Part shown: one piece after another, positions 1 to 9,360 of the stretch | Layout of the letters: each line of letters begins with the position of its first letter | Numbering within the stretch: the stretch's first letter is position 1 | Origin: a virus | IMG/VR virus record: IMGVR_UViG_3300020139_000001 | Coordinates: 13,757 to 77,756 of that record | DNA length: 64,000 bases | Strand: one strand, 5' to 3' | The notes under the pieces: generated by a model | Databases searched by the model: none | The model's input: only the letters and a program-made list of their open reading frames with translations | What the model was told of the DNA's origin: nothing | Made by a program: the position numbers and the translations under genes

Positions 1-2
1 AG

Positions 3-1403
3 TTATACTTCTACAACGCTATGGATACTTTTTATACTTATCATTTGTTTTTACTACAACAACAGCAGCTCACGCCTGAGAACGGAGAGACATTCTTCAA
101 ACGTGTTATGCTTCCTCTCGTGCATGTATTCACCGACAACGTGTATGGGATACCGATCGATGCCGCACGAATGATGGAAGTGGAAAAAGAGTTGAATATT
201 CCAGAGGAAGAAGAGAGACTATACCAGATAGTAGGAGCGAGATTCAACTATAGGTCTACTAGGGAGCTCGAGCAGATACTTCGGACGTGGGGAGTGACGG
301 AGGAGCAAACAGGAAAGACGGAAAGGACTGGAGCAATGTCTCTTACCAAAGATGTGCTCAAGTCTCTTACTTCGCATCCTATTGAGAAGGTAAAGGAGCT
401 GTCTACGCAATTGCTCAAAGTGCGAGAGCTGCAGAAGTTGAGGGACACATACATCCGACAACTGTCAAAAACACTGTATGTCAACAAGTACACCGGAGTG
501 GTATCTGTCTCTCCTTCGTTCAGATTGCACGCGTCCAAGACCTATAGGATCAATACAGAGGAACCCAACATTCACAACATACCCCGAGACTCTGTCATAC
601 AGAAACTCATATATGCTCCTCCCAAATATGTTATACTTGGTGCAGACTTTCAATCAGCAGAGGCGTTCCATGCAGCCAGAGTTACTGGAGAGGAGAAGAT
701 TATCGAGTTCGTGTTGAATCCAGAGTTAGACCAGCATCGCTATACAGCCTCTAGGATTTATAACATACCGGAGGACCAAGTAACTAAGACTCAACGGACG
801 AACGCAAAGCTCGCATGGTTCTGCTTACAATACGGAGGTACAGAGTATGCGATCTCTAGAGACTTCGGTTTGACATTGGAGGAAGCAGCACAACTCGTGA
901 AAGGGATCAAGCAAACCTACCCTAGACTGTTCCGAATGATGGAAGTCTTTGTGCAGAAAGCGAGAACAGAGAGGAGACTCGTTAATCGGTTTGGCGCTAT
1001 CAGAAGATTTCCTTTGTGGACAAAAGAGTTTGCACAGTCTTTTGCTAGACAAGCGTTGAACTTCCCTTTCCAATCTGAGGTAGCAATCTATTGTCATCTA
1101 TCCGCGATCGACTTACATGAAGTGATGAAAGTGGTGGGGCATCTGAAGTGGCGTATTCTGTTTACTATCCATGATGCGATCTACACTATAGTCAGAGAGG
1201 AACTGGCATTGATTGCAGCTGCAGTAATGAAAAAGATTATGGAGTTGGAGAGGGAAGGAATGTTCCTCCTGTCAGATCCGAAAGTTGGTCCTACTTGGTA
1301 TGATCTTTCAGACATCAAAGATCCAACATTTCCTCAGCTCCTAGAGTTGGGGCTCGAACAACTAATTTCTGAGCTTGTGGAACAAGCCCAGAAACTTAAG
1401 TAG
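3..1403 (+). CDS. polA: Family A DNA polymerase, 5' end outside window
   Basis: Frame is open from the window edge and reads LYFYNAMD (ExoIII YxxxD). Motif A GADFQSAE, motif B RTNAKLAWFCLQYG, motif C TIHDA; PNIHNIPR and RQALNFPFQS also present. Confidence 0.95.
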   Translation, partial: LYFYNAMDTFYTYHLFLLQQQQLTPENGETFFKRVMLPLVHVFTDNVYGIPIDAARMMEVEKELNIPEEEERLYQIVGARFNYRSTRELEQILRTWGVTEEQTGKTERTGAMSLTKDVLKSLTSHPIEKVKELSTQLLKVRELQKLRDTYIRQLSKTLYVNKYTGVVSVSPSFRLHASKTYRINTEEPNIHNIPRDSVIQKLIYAPPKYVILGADFQSAEAFHAARVTGEEKIIEFVLNPELDQHRYTASRIYNIPEDQVTKTQRTNAKLAWFCLQYGGTEYAISRDFGLTLEEAAQLVKGIKQTYPRLFRMMEVFVQKARTERRLVNRFGAIRRFPLWTKEFAQSFARQALNFPFQSEVAIYCHLSAIDLHEVMKVVGHLKWRILFTIHDAIYTIVREELALIAAAVMKKIMELEREGMFLLSDPKVGPTWYDLSDIKDPTFPQLLELGLEQLISELVEQAQKLK

Positions 1404-1412
1404 GAGGTTTGG

Positions 1413-1787
1413 ATGAAGCCTAGGAAGTTGCTAGAGGAGACACAAAAATTGATCTTGCAAGACCAAAACTTATTCACTCACCTTCGCACAATATTGGCGA
1501 GACTGTTGTACGAAGAGTTGGGTCCTCAAGCAAAGCTATCGCCTATTGTTGTTGAGAGGATATTGTTTAGGCTAGTAGGTTCGCTAACAAACAACAGGAT
1601 GGAGGAGCAACTCTACATACCTTTGTGGAAGGCAAAGTTGTGTCTAAACTGCGATCAAGTGTTCAACTACGTGCCTTCGTTGATGGAAGAGAGATGGAGC
1701 AGTCCTATCGTGTGTCCTAGTTGTTGTAGCAATCAAGTAAAGGACTTAGCACCTCTCGCACTAAAACAGGAGGAGCCATATGTGTAA
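1413..1787 (+). CDS. Hypothetical protein with C-terminal Zn ribbon
   Basis: GGAGG SD; CLNC...CPSC. Confidence 0.7.
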   Translation: MKPRKLLEETQKLILQDQNLFTHLRTILARLLYEELGPQAKLSPIVVERILFRLVGSLTNNRMEEQLYIPLWKAKLCLNCDQVFNYVPSLMEERWSSPIVCPSCCSNQVKDLAPLALKQEEPYV

Positions 1788-2064
1788 GTATAGGTTTGAT
1801 CATCTCCAGAAGGAGTTGGCTAAAGCGTGTAACCTTACAAAGGACGACGAGGATAAAGCAGAAGAGATTTTCTCGTCGCTAGCTCGTGTTTTTGAACTCC
1901 CCCTAGCTAGAGAGGAGGCATACGAGAAAGTCTTAGAGATTGTAAAAGGAGTGGACCCCCTAGTGCTTAGTTATGTGATTCTTTCCGTGATCGAGAACGG
2001 TCTCGAGTTGAAAAAGACATTAGAGGACCTAGCATATCACTCTCCTCACACTAATGTACATTAA
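1780..2064 (+). CDS. Hypothetical protein
   Basis: GGAGGAG SD, overlaps the upstream gene as in an operon. Confidence 0.65.
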   Translation: MCKYRFDHLQKELAKACNLTKDDEDKAEEIFSSLARVFELPLAREEAYEKVLEIVKGVDPLVLSYVILSVIENGLELKKTLEDLAYHSPHTNVH

Positions 2065-2080
2065 GAAACTAGGAGGAACA

Positions 2081-2305
2081 ATGGAAGATGAAAGGCTTGT
2101 AGCGATCGCATTTGATTTGATAAACATAGTTCATAGTGCGCCGAAGCGCTCGATTGCGGTAGCAACTATGCTATCCTATCTCGAGCCCTTATCAGATGAG
2201 GAGAGAGCAAGAGTCATACAATACTGTGTACAGGTGCTCTGGACTCTCGTAAGAGACCACTTCATCGGATCTTCGTGCTCCAACCGTCATGAGCAAACTC
2301 AATAG
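2081..2305 (+). CDS. Hypothetical protein
   Basis: AGGAGG SD before ATG 2081. Confidence 0.55.
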   Translation: MEDERLVAIAFDLINIVHSAPKRSIAVATMLSYLEPLSDEERARVIQYCVQVLWTLVRDHFIGSSCSNRHEQTQ

Positions 2306-2963
2306 TCAATTGTGGAAAGTCTCTTCGCATCTGTGCAAGCACCGTGGGTTCCACTTCTGGAGTAGCCCAAGAACCGAAGTGGGTAAAGATCACGCGCTTT
2401 ACACCTTTCATACGACACCACATCACTTGTTGATACATCGATGCATGTCCAACATATCCCACTTCGCTAGTAAATCTCAGGGGATGTCGCACTGTGGCAC
2501 CATCCCCAATATACAATTGTACGTTCTCTAGTACATCTAACGAAGGAAGGGCCAAAAGATCGGGAGCATAGACGAGCGTTCTGTTGCTTATCGTGACTTT
2601 TGGTGCAATGGTAACGAGCTTAGCATGTCTTACTCGTATTGGAACGATTGTGACCTCTTGACTGCCTACTTGTGTAATCAGCTTCTCTGTGGGTACTCTA
2701 ACGATAGGTGCTGAGAAATCCTTCCCCTGTAACACGTTGCTTAGTGTGCAACCACCATGATCCGGATGTTCGTGAGTAATGACTACTAGATTAGGATGTG
2801 GTTTAAATGTGTCGATCTTGTCCTTCCAGTCTAGTCCACAATCGAACAGTATTGACTCCCCTTCGTAGATCAACATCATTGCTGAGTGATACTTGTGTTG
2901 GGGAGAGGTTATCTTATGATAGCCCTTGGTGCCATAGAAAACTAACTTTATCCCACTCATCAT
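2262..2963 (-). CDS. Metallo-beta-lactamase-fold hydrolase (RNase Z/PhnP-like phosphodiesterase)
   Basis: YGTKG, ILFDCG, THEHPDH (HxHxDH), VRH, YAPD, GHAS, FTHF, AHDG motifs; likely start 2963 or 2960. Confidence 0.85.
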   Translation of the reverse strand: MMSGIKLVFYGTKGYHKITSPQHKYHSAMMLIYEGESILFDCGLDWKDKIDTFKPHPNLVVITHEHPDHGGCTLSNVLQGKDFSAPIVRVPTEKLITQVGSQEVTIVPIRVRHAKLVTIAPKVTISNRTLVYAPDLLALPSLDVLENVQLYIGDGATVRHPLRFTSEVGYVGHASMYQQVMWCRMKGVKRVIFTHFGSWATPEVEPTVLAQMRRDFPQLTIEFAHDGWSTKIR

Positions 2964-3034
2964 CTTTTTGTTCAAGCTTCGTGCTGTCGGCTTCCATTGG
3001 AAGTCGAAAAACACTACTTACGGAGGTAAGGAAG

Positions 3035-3763
3035 ATGAGAACAATTGTATCTTGTGCATTCCTCAGAGAGAGGAACATGAGTACAGAATGGTTCGTTACG
3101 AGATTCGGAGCTCACGCTCGGATTGAGCTCAATGCTTTATTAAAGCGGCTTGATGAGAGTAAGGACGGAGACATTGTCGAGATGCTAGTGGAGACTCTGG
3201 GACTCACATGCAAAGTGAAAAAGTACTACCCCAACGGTGCGTTGGAGAGTGTCACACCGTATGTACGAGGACAGATTCATGGTGTGGTAACAGTATACTC
3301 GAAAGACGGAAAAGTAGAGATAATGGACACCTTCTTTGGTGGTGAGCCTCATGGGTTATACAAGTACTACGACGAGCAGGGAAGGTTAGTAGAGAAAGGA
3401 AATAGGTATCGAGGAAAGCCGCACGGACTAGTACAGTATCACTACTACCTTCCGACTACAATCGTAACTGTGAGAGAGCATTACAACCTTGGTGTGCTTT
3501 CTGGCACTAGCACAATCGTAGTCGGGAGTCGAGAGCTCATCCGTATTCTGTATCGACTCAACAAAATCTGTGAGTTGAAGTGTTGGAGTCCACGCATGAG
3601 ATTTGAGTTTGATGAAGAAGGTAACATGATTAGTATGGAGATCAGTAGCGTGGAGGGCTTACAAAAGATGTTAGAGATATCTGAATGTGTAAAGACTCAT
3701 CCGGACCCACGAACCTTATGGAAAGAGTTCGACAAATTGGGGCTCGTTGAGCTCCAACCTTAA
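3035..3763 (+). CDS. MORN-variant repeat protein (YwqK-like)
   Basis: Repeats such as YYPNG..YVRGQIHG, YSKDG..FFGGEPHG, YDEQG..YRGKPHG; GGAGG SD before ATG 3035. Confidence 0.8.
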   Translation: MRTIVSCAFLRERNMSTEWFVTRFGAHARIELNALLKRLDESKDGDIVEMLVETLGLTCKVKKYYPNGALESVTPYVRGQIHGVVTVYSKDGKVEIMDTFFGGEPHGLYKYYDEQGRLVEKGNRYRGKPHGLVQYHYYLPTTIVTVREHYNLGVLSGTSTIVVGSRELIRILYRLNKICELKCWSPRMRFEFDEEGNMISMEISSVEGLQKMLEISECVKTHPDPRTLWKEFDKLGLVELQP

Positions 3764-3777
3764 AAATGGAGGTGGCA

Positions 3778-4086
3778 ATGATCAAGTGTGTAGCTGTAGG
3801 AATCCACATACTGATAGGTGAAGTTATTCAAGAGAACGAGGAGGTTCTCGTTATGAGGAAACCTGCTGCGATGCTTCCCAATTCGTTGATGATGTTAGCA
3901 CCCGGTGCAGAGGAAGATGCAGTCACAATCTACAAGAGGCAGATTGTGTTCGAGTTCGTTCCAGGCAAAGCACACGTTGATGCATACCAAGAACTTTGTA
4001 CTAGGTATGCAGCACAATCTGCAGGAATTGTGCTTGCGTCTGATACGAAGGTAGTACCGTTGACCAAAAACAAGACCAAAGACTAA
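3778..4086 (+). CDS. Small beta-rich phage protein (possibly Sm-like)
   Basis: GGAGGTG SD; LIGEV..E..LVMRKP pattern, C-terminal GIVL. Confidence 0.6.
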   Translation: MIKCVAVGIHILIGEVIQENEEVLVMRKPAAMLPNSLMMLAPGAEEDAVTIYKRQIVFEFVPGKAHVDAYQELCTRYAAQSAGIVLASDTKVVPLTKNKTKD

Positions 4087-4098
4087 GGAGGTGGGAAA

Positions 4099-5040
4099 AT
4101 GATAATTAGGGAGACGATTTCCGGGAAAGAAGTAGTGGACATGTATCCGTCTCTTTCGCCTACGGTAAAAGAGACACTAAAGAAGTACCTCGACCTGAGA
4201 ACACTAGACCAAGTACTTCAGAAGTTTCAATCTGTATCATTCTCAGAACTAGAACTTCCTGTTCTAGTGGAAAACGACAGAATTCTCTGCTTCCCAAAGC
4301 ACAACTTTGACACAGGTTATGTCAATGTGCTGGTTGATGAGCTAGTTCGTACGGGATACGTCCGGAGGGGGATGCACCTTATACGCGCAGTTGATGGCCT
4401 CGAGTCGGAAGTACTACCGAACGACATATACAAAAGCAGGATGCTATACGATGTAGACCTTTCCGATGGGATGTACTCTTATTCATATGAACTGCTTCGA
4501 ATGGTTTGCACCAATCGAAGCTATGTGCCAGACGTTTCCTATAGGAGAGCAGCAAGAGTTCCGGCGTCGGTAGAGGTTCTCAGACATAGTCCTCTACTCA
4601 GCCCAGAGTCTCCAGCTTCATGGAGTGTTGTTGCAGTAAGACAGAAACTGTCTCCACTTCAGCACTTACCTATCACATGTAGCAACTTATTGAGAGCATA
4701 TCAAATAAGCAAGATGTTCGAGCAAACCTCTATAGTACAGACGAAATACATTAAATGGACGGAGCAAGCAAACCTCATTCTATCAAAGTACGAGCTTATG
4801 TCATCAGGCCTACCAAGTGACGATATGTTCTCACTACTGAGTAGACAGCCCAAAGGATGGAAAGACACCGCGCTTGGAAGTATGAGCGTATACGAACTTT
4901 GGAACGACTTGACAGAGATCATATCAAGAGCAGACGAGTCTGAAGACACGGATAGGACTCTTGATGCTCTCGTCAAGGCTGGTTCACTTTTGAACGAGAG
5001 TAAGAACAGGATGGTGGTTGCTCAACCCAAGAAGCTATGA
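4099..5040 (+). CDS. Hypothetical protein
   Basis: 313-aa ORF, AAGGAGGTG SD. Confidence 0.75.
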   Translation: MIIRETISGKEVVDMYPSLSPTVKETLKKYLDLRTLDQVLQKFQSVSFSELELPVLVENDRILCFPKHNFDTGYVNVLVDELVRTGYVRRGMHLIRAVDGLESEVLPNDIYKSRMLYDVDLSDGMYSYSYELLRMVCTNRSYVPDVSYRRAARVPASVEVLRHSPLLSPESPASWSVVAVRQKLSPLQHLPITCSNLLRAYQISKMFEQTSIVQTKYIKWTEQANLILSKYELMSSGLPSDDMFSLLSRQPKGWKDTALGSMSVYELWNDLTEIISRADESEDTDRTLDALVKAGSLLNESKNRMVVAQPKKL

Positions 5041-5789
5041 TCCTCACACTATCACAAATCAAGCACCGACGCTTCGTCAAGAGGGATGAGTTCAGGACGA
5101 ATTGCATCTTCTGTGGAGATAACAAGGAACATCTCTATGTGAATACTGCCAATCAAGTGTTCCATTGTTTTAAATGTGGGGCTAGTGGACGCGTCATGAT
5201 TGATAGCGACATTCGTATAACTCCTTATACAGCTACATCCCCGCCAACATTTATTGATCCTACAGAAGATGCAATTCGCTATTTGTCAAGTCGTGGACTA
5301 ACTATGCAAGAGATCCTCATCTTTTGTCCCAAGTCTAGTCCGCAACTTCCACAGTACGTATTCTCCTTCTACTCTCGTACTGCTATTGTTGGTAGAGCTA
5401 TTGTGGACGACGTTCCGAAGTATCGTATCTATGAGTCTCGAGGTACTCGGCTTTGGGGAGTAGAGTACATCGACATACGAAAGCCGATCGTGGTAGTCGA
5501 AGGGCTATTCGATTTGTTTGCTGTACGTCGCACATATCTCAATGTTGTTGCTGTGCTTGGAAAAGCGCTATCGCCGCACGTGGAGAGCTACTTGTCTAAC
5601 TACCCCTCTCGAGTATACCTATGTTTGGATGCAGATGCATATAGGGAACAGACACTACTAAGAGATCGACTCCGTAGGTACAAAGAGAACGCGTACTGTG
5701 TGTATTTATCCTCGGGTGATCCTTGGGACCATAGGGATAGGTTGAGGTTCGACCAGATCACACAAGAGGAGGGGGATGTCTATGTTTAA
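5037..5789 (+). CDS. DnaG-type primase (Zn finger + TOPRIM)
   Basis: CIFC...HCFKCG Zn finger, YLSSRG, VVVEGLFD, LDAD, GDP. Confidence 0.9.
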   Translation: MILTLSQIKHRRFVKRDEFRTNCIFCGDNKEHLYVNTANQVFHCFKCGASGRVMIDSDIRITPYTATSPPTFIDPTEDAIRYLSSRGLTMQEILIFCPKSSPQLPQYVFSFYSRTAIVGRAIVDDVPKYRIYESRGTRLWGVEYIDIRKPIVVVEGLFDLFAVRRTYLNVVAVLGKALSPHVESYLSNYPSRVYLCLDADAYREQTLLRDRLRRYKENAYCVYLSSGDPWDHRDRLRFDQITQEEGDVYV

Positions 5790-6063
5790 GGTCACCTATA
5801 TTGGCGTACACGACTTCTTGCGACACATTCACAGTAGGGGTACTATCAGCACAACGGTAGAAGAAGGAGAACAAACAGTAACGTGGTCTGCAGTCCTACA
5901 ATCTATGCGTGATGGATGGTGTGCTTTCCTACGAACGCCTACGCACGATCGAGAACTAAACAAAAAGCTGCTCAAGCAAATCGAGACAGAACTGAACAAT
6001 CTCTATCCACTGTCGTCACTGCAGAAGCTGATCGACACAGAGAGACCAATTCTGTATCCTTAA
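5776..6063 (+). CDS. Hypothetical protein
   Basis: GAGGAGG SD, overlaps upstream gene. Confidence 0.6.
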   Translation: MSMFKVTYIGVHDFLRHIHSRGTISTTVEEGEQTVTWSAVLQSMRDGWCAFLRTPTHDRELNKKLLKQIETELNNLYPLSSLQKLIDTERPILYP

Positions 6064-6125
6064 CATAGCCCACCTCCTACATCTTTCCATTTTATATTAT
6101 ACAAAAAATTGTAGGAGGTACTAGT

Positions 6126-6416
6126 ATGGAAAAGATCCTTGAAGATTTGGGCTCTCTCCTTCGACACAAGGGTCAGTACTATGGTGACACATTTGGTACG
6201 GTTCCGAAGCTGCTACGTATTCTTTATGAGTCACGCAGAAACGAACAAGGCCAGTACGTGCTGGACGATAAGGATTGGGACAATATGGTTGCTGTAGTCA
6301 GAGTTCTCGATAAGATGTGTAGACTTGTCGCTGGAGACAGAGGAGAGGAATCTGCGTGGAAGGACATAGCAGGGTACGCAATTCTTTCTCTCAACAGAGC
6401 GTTACAAGCAAAGTAG
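6126..6416 (+). CDS. Nucleotide-modification-associated all-alpha protein (DUF1599/DUF6378-like)
   Basis: K..YGD, LDKMCRL, ESAWKDIAGYAIL. Confidence 0.7.
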   Translation: MEKILEDLGSLLRHKGQYYGDTFGTVPKLLRILYESRRNEQGQYVLDDKDWDNMVAVVRVLDKMCRLVAGDRGEESAWKDIAGYAILSLNRALQAK

Positions 6417-6452
6417 TCGTTGACTACTGATCCTTTTATAGGAGGTTAAAAT

Positions 6453-7145
6453 ATGTCAGTATTACAAGAGTTCTTAGAGGGGACTAGAGTGAGCCCTGTA
6501 ACGTCATACTTTGTCCCAAAGCTTGGGCAAAACCATTTGCGAGTTGTAGTCAAAGGAAAACCTGTACTAACGTACAGGAGCCACTTCTTGAAGTACTCGA
6601 TGATGTGCGCCCTCGATAATTGTTGGGTTTGTCGTATTGCAGAAACTTTCGACTTGCCAGACTTCAGGGCGAGAGAAATGCGTGCAATCTACGTCGCAGA
6701 TCTCGATGATCCCAACCCCCTAATCAAGTTGTTTACGTTTGGCCCAAGCATTGCTGGGAAACTTAATCTTATAGCATCAAACACGGAGATCTTGGATGAG
6801 GCAAAAGGTGCTATCCTCATCCTACAGAGATCCGGACAAGGTAGGAATACTAGGTACGAGATAGTACCTTCTAAGATTCTTGACCTCAGGACCATACCTC
6901 AGTATATCGAAGAGTATAAAGAGCTACCTCCACTGCAGGAAGCACTCCAGAACGAAAGAGTACCTACTCCAGAGGTGATCCTAAACGACCTGAAAGACAT
7001 TGTGAAGCCGGATGTGTATCAAGCTATTGCAGACTGGATTAAGGAGGTTACAGCTCCACCAGAACAAGATGTTCCTACTCCAACTATTACTACACAGGCG
7101 CAAGTTGACTTACAGTCTATCTTACAGTCTCTCAAGAAGAAGTGA
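6453..7145 (+). CDS. gp32-like single-stranded DNA-binding protein
   Basis: H..C..CWVC Zn site, KLFTFG, RSGQGRNTRY, replication context. Confidence 0.7.
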   Translation: MSVLQEFLEGTRVSPVTSYFVPKLGQNHLRVVVKGKPVLTYRSHFLKYSMMCALDNCWVCRIAETFDLPDFRAREMRAIYVADLDDPNPLIKLFTFGPSIAGKLNLIASNTEILDEAKGAILILQRSGQGRNTRYEIVPSKILDLRTIPQYIEEYKELPPLQEALQNERVPTPEVILNDLKDIVKPDVYQAIADWIKEVTAPPEQDVPTPTITTQAQVDLQSILQSLKKK

Positions 7146-7699
7146 CTCGAAGACTAGAGAAGTTTCTTAGGCGTAGGAACGTCATCAGAGTCCTTAAGTA
7201 TTTATCGTCGTACTTTGGCGTTCCTACGCCAAAACTTTCTATTGTGACAGACTGTAAGGAACTTGCGTGCTATGATATTGAGAAAAGGACTATAACACTA
7301 AGCAGCGATCTACTCGACTCCCCCATTTCCTCACCTCGTATGCCCCACTTCTTAGATTGCATTATTCATGAGTTCGCTCACCATTTATGCAATCTGAATG
7401 GGTTGATGAGAGTCAATGGTAGGGTACATCACTTTTGGTTTGCTGCAGAACTGTGGAGGACAATTGTTGCAATCTATGGAGTAGAAAATGTAAGGATGTA
7501 TGGTACATCCTATGAGTCAAAACTAGTGCAGAAATATCTCCAATCTCTGGAGGAAGAATATGAGAGTCAAAGTTTGTACTGTACCCCCAAAGCGGATGCT
7601 GAAACACTACGTACCACTAGAGTGGCACGAACTAGGAGGTCCCATTCAGCCACCACTAGATCATCACGGAGAAAGCGCAGACCTACCTCCTCCCGTTAG
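7142..7699 (+). CDS. SprT-like zinc metalloprotease
   Basis: IIHEFAHH (HExxH) plus downstream H...F. Confidence 0.7.
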   Translation: MTRRLEKFLRRRNVIRVLKYLSSYFGVPTPKLSIVTDCKELACYDIEKRTITLSSDLLDSPISSPRMPHFLDCIIHEFAHHLCNLNGLMRVNGRVHHFWFAAELWRTIVAIYGVENVRMYGTSYESKLVQKYLQSLEEEYESQSLYCTPKADAETLRTTRVARTRRSHSATTRSSRRKRRPTSSR

Positions 7700-8396
7700 A
7701 AGAGCCTTCACAGAGCTCTTCGGTATCCACAAAAGAAGAAAAGTTACTTACATTTGCAATCACTTTGATTGCGAAATGTTGTTCACGATTGCGGGTCTGC
7801 AAGGCATTTATGTTCCCCAATCTTTGTGGGAGATAGTTGAGTATAGAGACGTTTCGTTTTATGTTGGCGTACGACCTCTGTTTATAGAGACAGAACATCC
7901 ACAAGGTTGGAAGATCGCTATCACTAATGCTATACTGTCTCAATATAGGCTGATCGGCGACATCACTCCACTCGTACGAGAGCTACTTCGATTGATCAAG
8001 AGTGAGAACATCTACGCGTTCGTACTGGATCGTCCTAATGTCGTGCTCTTTGCTGAAGAACCTCTACGTGTAGGAGTTGCTTTCCCATCGAAAAGATCTC
8101 AAGGATTCTCCTCTTTCTACATGTACGCAGATCTTGTGATTGCTTATGACGGAAGAAAGATTTCTATAGGTCTACGTTCGGAAGAGTACCTTCACCTTTT
8201 TGGTCCTACAGGACTGCTCTCCTTAGCAAGTATGTTAGGCGGCGGTTGGGGTGGTAGAAGCATGCTTATATGCTCTCCTAGATCGCAGAAGATGTCGCTT
8301 CCACAGCTTATGGAGGTCGTGTCTAAAGTACTGCGTTTTTTGAAGGGAGGACGAGATGTCAGATTTATTCGAAACTCTCGGCATCGCACCTGTTGA
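7560..8396 (+). CDS. DHH-like phosphoesterase-family protein
   Basis: LDHHG, NHFDCE, C-terminal GWGGR..SPR. Confidence 0.5.
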   Translation: MRVKVCTVPPKRMLKHYVPLEWHELGGPIQPPLDHHGESADLPPPVRRAFTELFGIHKRRKVTYICNHFDCEMLFTIAGLQGIYVPQSLWEIVEYRDVSFYVGVRPLFIETEHPQGWKIAITNAILSQYRLIGDITPLVRELLRLIKSENIYAFVLDRPNVVLFAEEPLRVGVAFPSKRSQGFSSFYMYADLVIAYDGRKISIGLRSEEYLHLFGPTGLLSLASMLGGGWGGRSMLICSPRSQKMSLPQLMEVVSKVLRFLKGGRDVRFIRNSRHRTC

Positions 8397-9360
8397 CTCC
8401 GACCTCAAAACAGATGTGAAAGAGGTCATTCCTACTAACATAATTCCTCTCGACATAGCTACTGGAGTAGGAGGCATACCTAGAGGCAGAATGACCTCCA
8501 TTATAGGAAAATACAGCACGTGCAAGAGTACTATTAGCATACTACTTGCGCGCAGTAATCATATGTTAGGAGGAAAGACGATCATACTTGACACAGAAAA
8601 TACATACGAATCCACGAGACTAAAGTCTCTGGGTGTTGACCCTAAGAGTGTAGCTATCCTCACTTCTTACAAAGAAGATGTTGGATTCACTATGGAAACT
8701 GCATCTGAGTTCATTCTTTCTGCAGCAAAACTAGCTAAACCAGAGGACAAGTTGCTCATTATTTGGGACACTATCAGTAGTACACCATTAGCAGCAGAGG
8801 TAGCAGAGGAAGTAGACTTTGATAGTTTGAAGAAGCTTATGGGTACACACTCGAGAATGCTCTCGAGACTCCTTAGAGCAGTGCCTAAAACATTTGTAGA
8901 TAACAACGTCACTTTTGTTATGGTTGTACAACCAAAGATTGATCCGATGACAGGTTCGACCACGTATCTGGGGGAGCTTCCTATCAAGTTCCACTCCTCT
9001 ATGATCATTCAATTGTCCACTTTCTCAAAAGAGGAGAAGCGTATGACTATACAATTCGAGATCGTGAAGAACAAGGTAGCCCCTCCTAGTGGAAGAGGCA
9101 AATTTATCTACTACTACAAAGAGGGAGTAGACTACGTCTCTGCTTGGGAGCCCGCTGTAGGAAAGTCTGCTGCACACTATACGTTAGACAACGTCTCTGT
9201 TAAGAGAACAGAGTCGGCTCTCCTTTTGCGAAAGAAGAAAGAACTAATTGAACAATTAGTTCTTTCTTCCTTAGCAAGACCCATTCCTTATCGCGTACTT
9301 ATTCCGGATATGGAACAGACTAGAACAACAGAGGAGGAGGAAAATGTTCAAACTGTCTGA
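8356..9360 (+). CDS. recA: RecA/UvsX recombinase
   Basis: LDIATGVGGIPRGR, Walker A variant GKYSTCKST, LDTE, IIWDTI, KFHSS, KNKVAPP. Confidence 0.92.
   Translation: MSDLFETLGIAPVDSDLKTDVKEVIPTNIIPLDIATGVGGIPRGRMTSIIGKYSTCKSTISILLARSNHMLGGKTIILDTENTYESTRLKSLGVDPKSVAILTSYKEDVGFTMETASEFILSAAKLAKPEDKLLIIWDTISSTPLAAEVAEEVDFDSLKKLMGTHSRMLSRLLRAVPKTFVDNNVTFVMVVQPKIDPMTGSTTYLGELPIKFHSSMIIQLSTFSKEEKRMTIQFEIVKNKVAPPSGRGKFIYYYKEGVDYVSAWEPAVGKSAAHYTLDNVSVKRTESALLLRKKKELIEQLVLSSLARPIPYRVLIPDMEQTRTTEEEENVQTV

Noticed and set aside
2807-3034. N-terminal extension of the MORN ORF and 5' extension of the MBL ORF
   Set aside because: They overlap each other on opposite strands; better starts exist at 3035 (+, with SD) and 2963/2960 (-).
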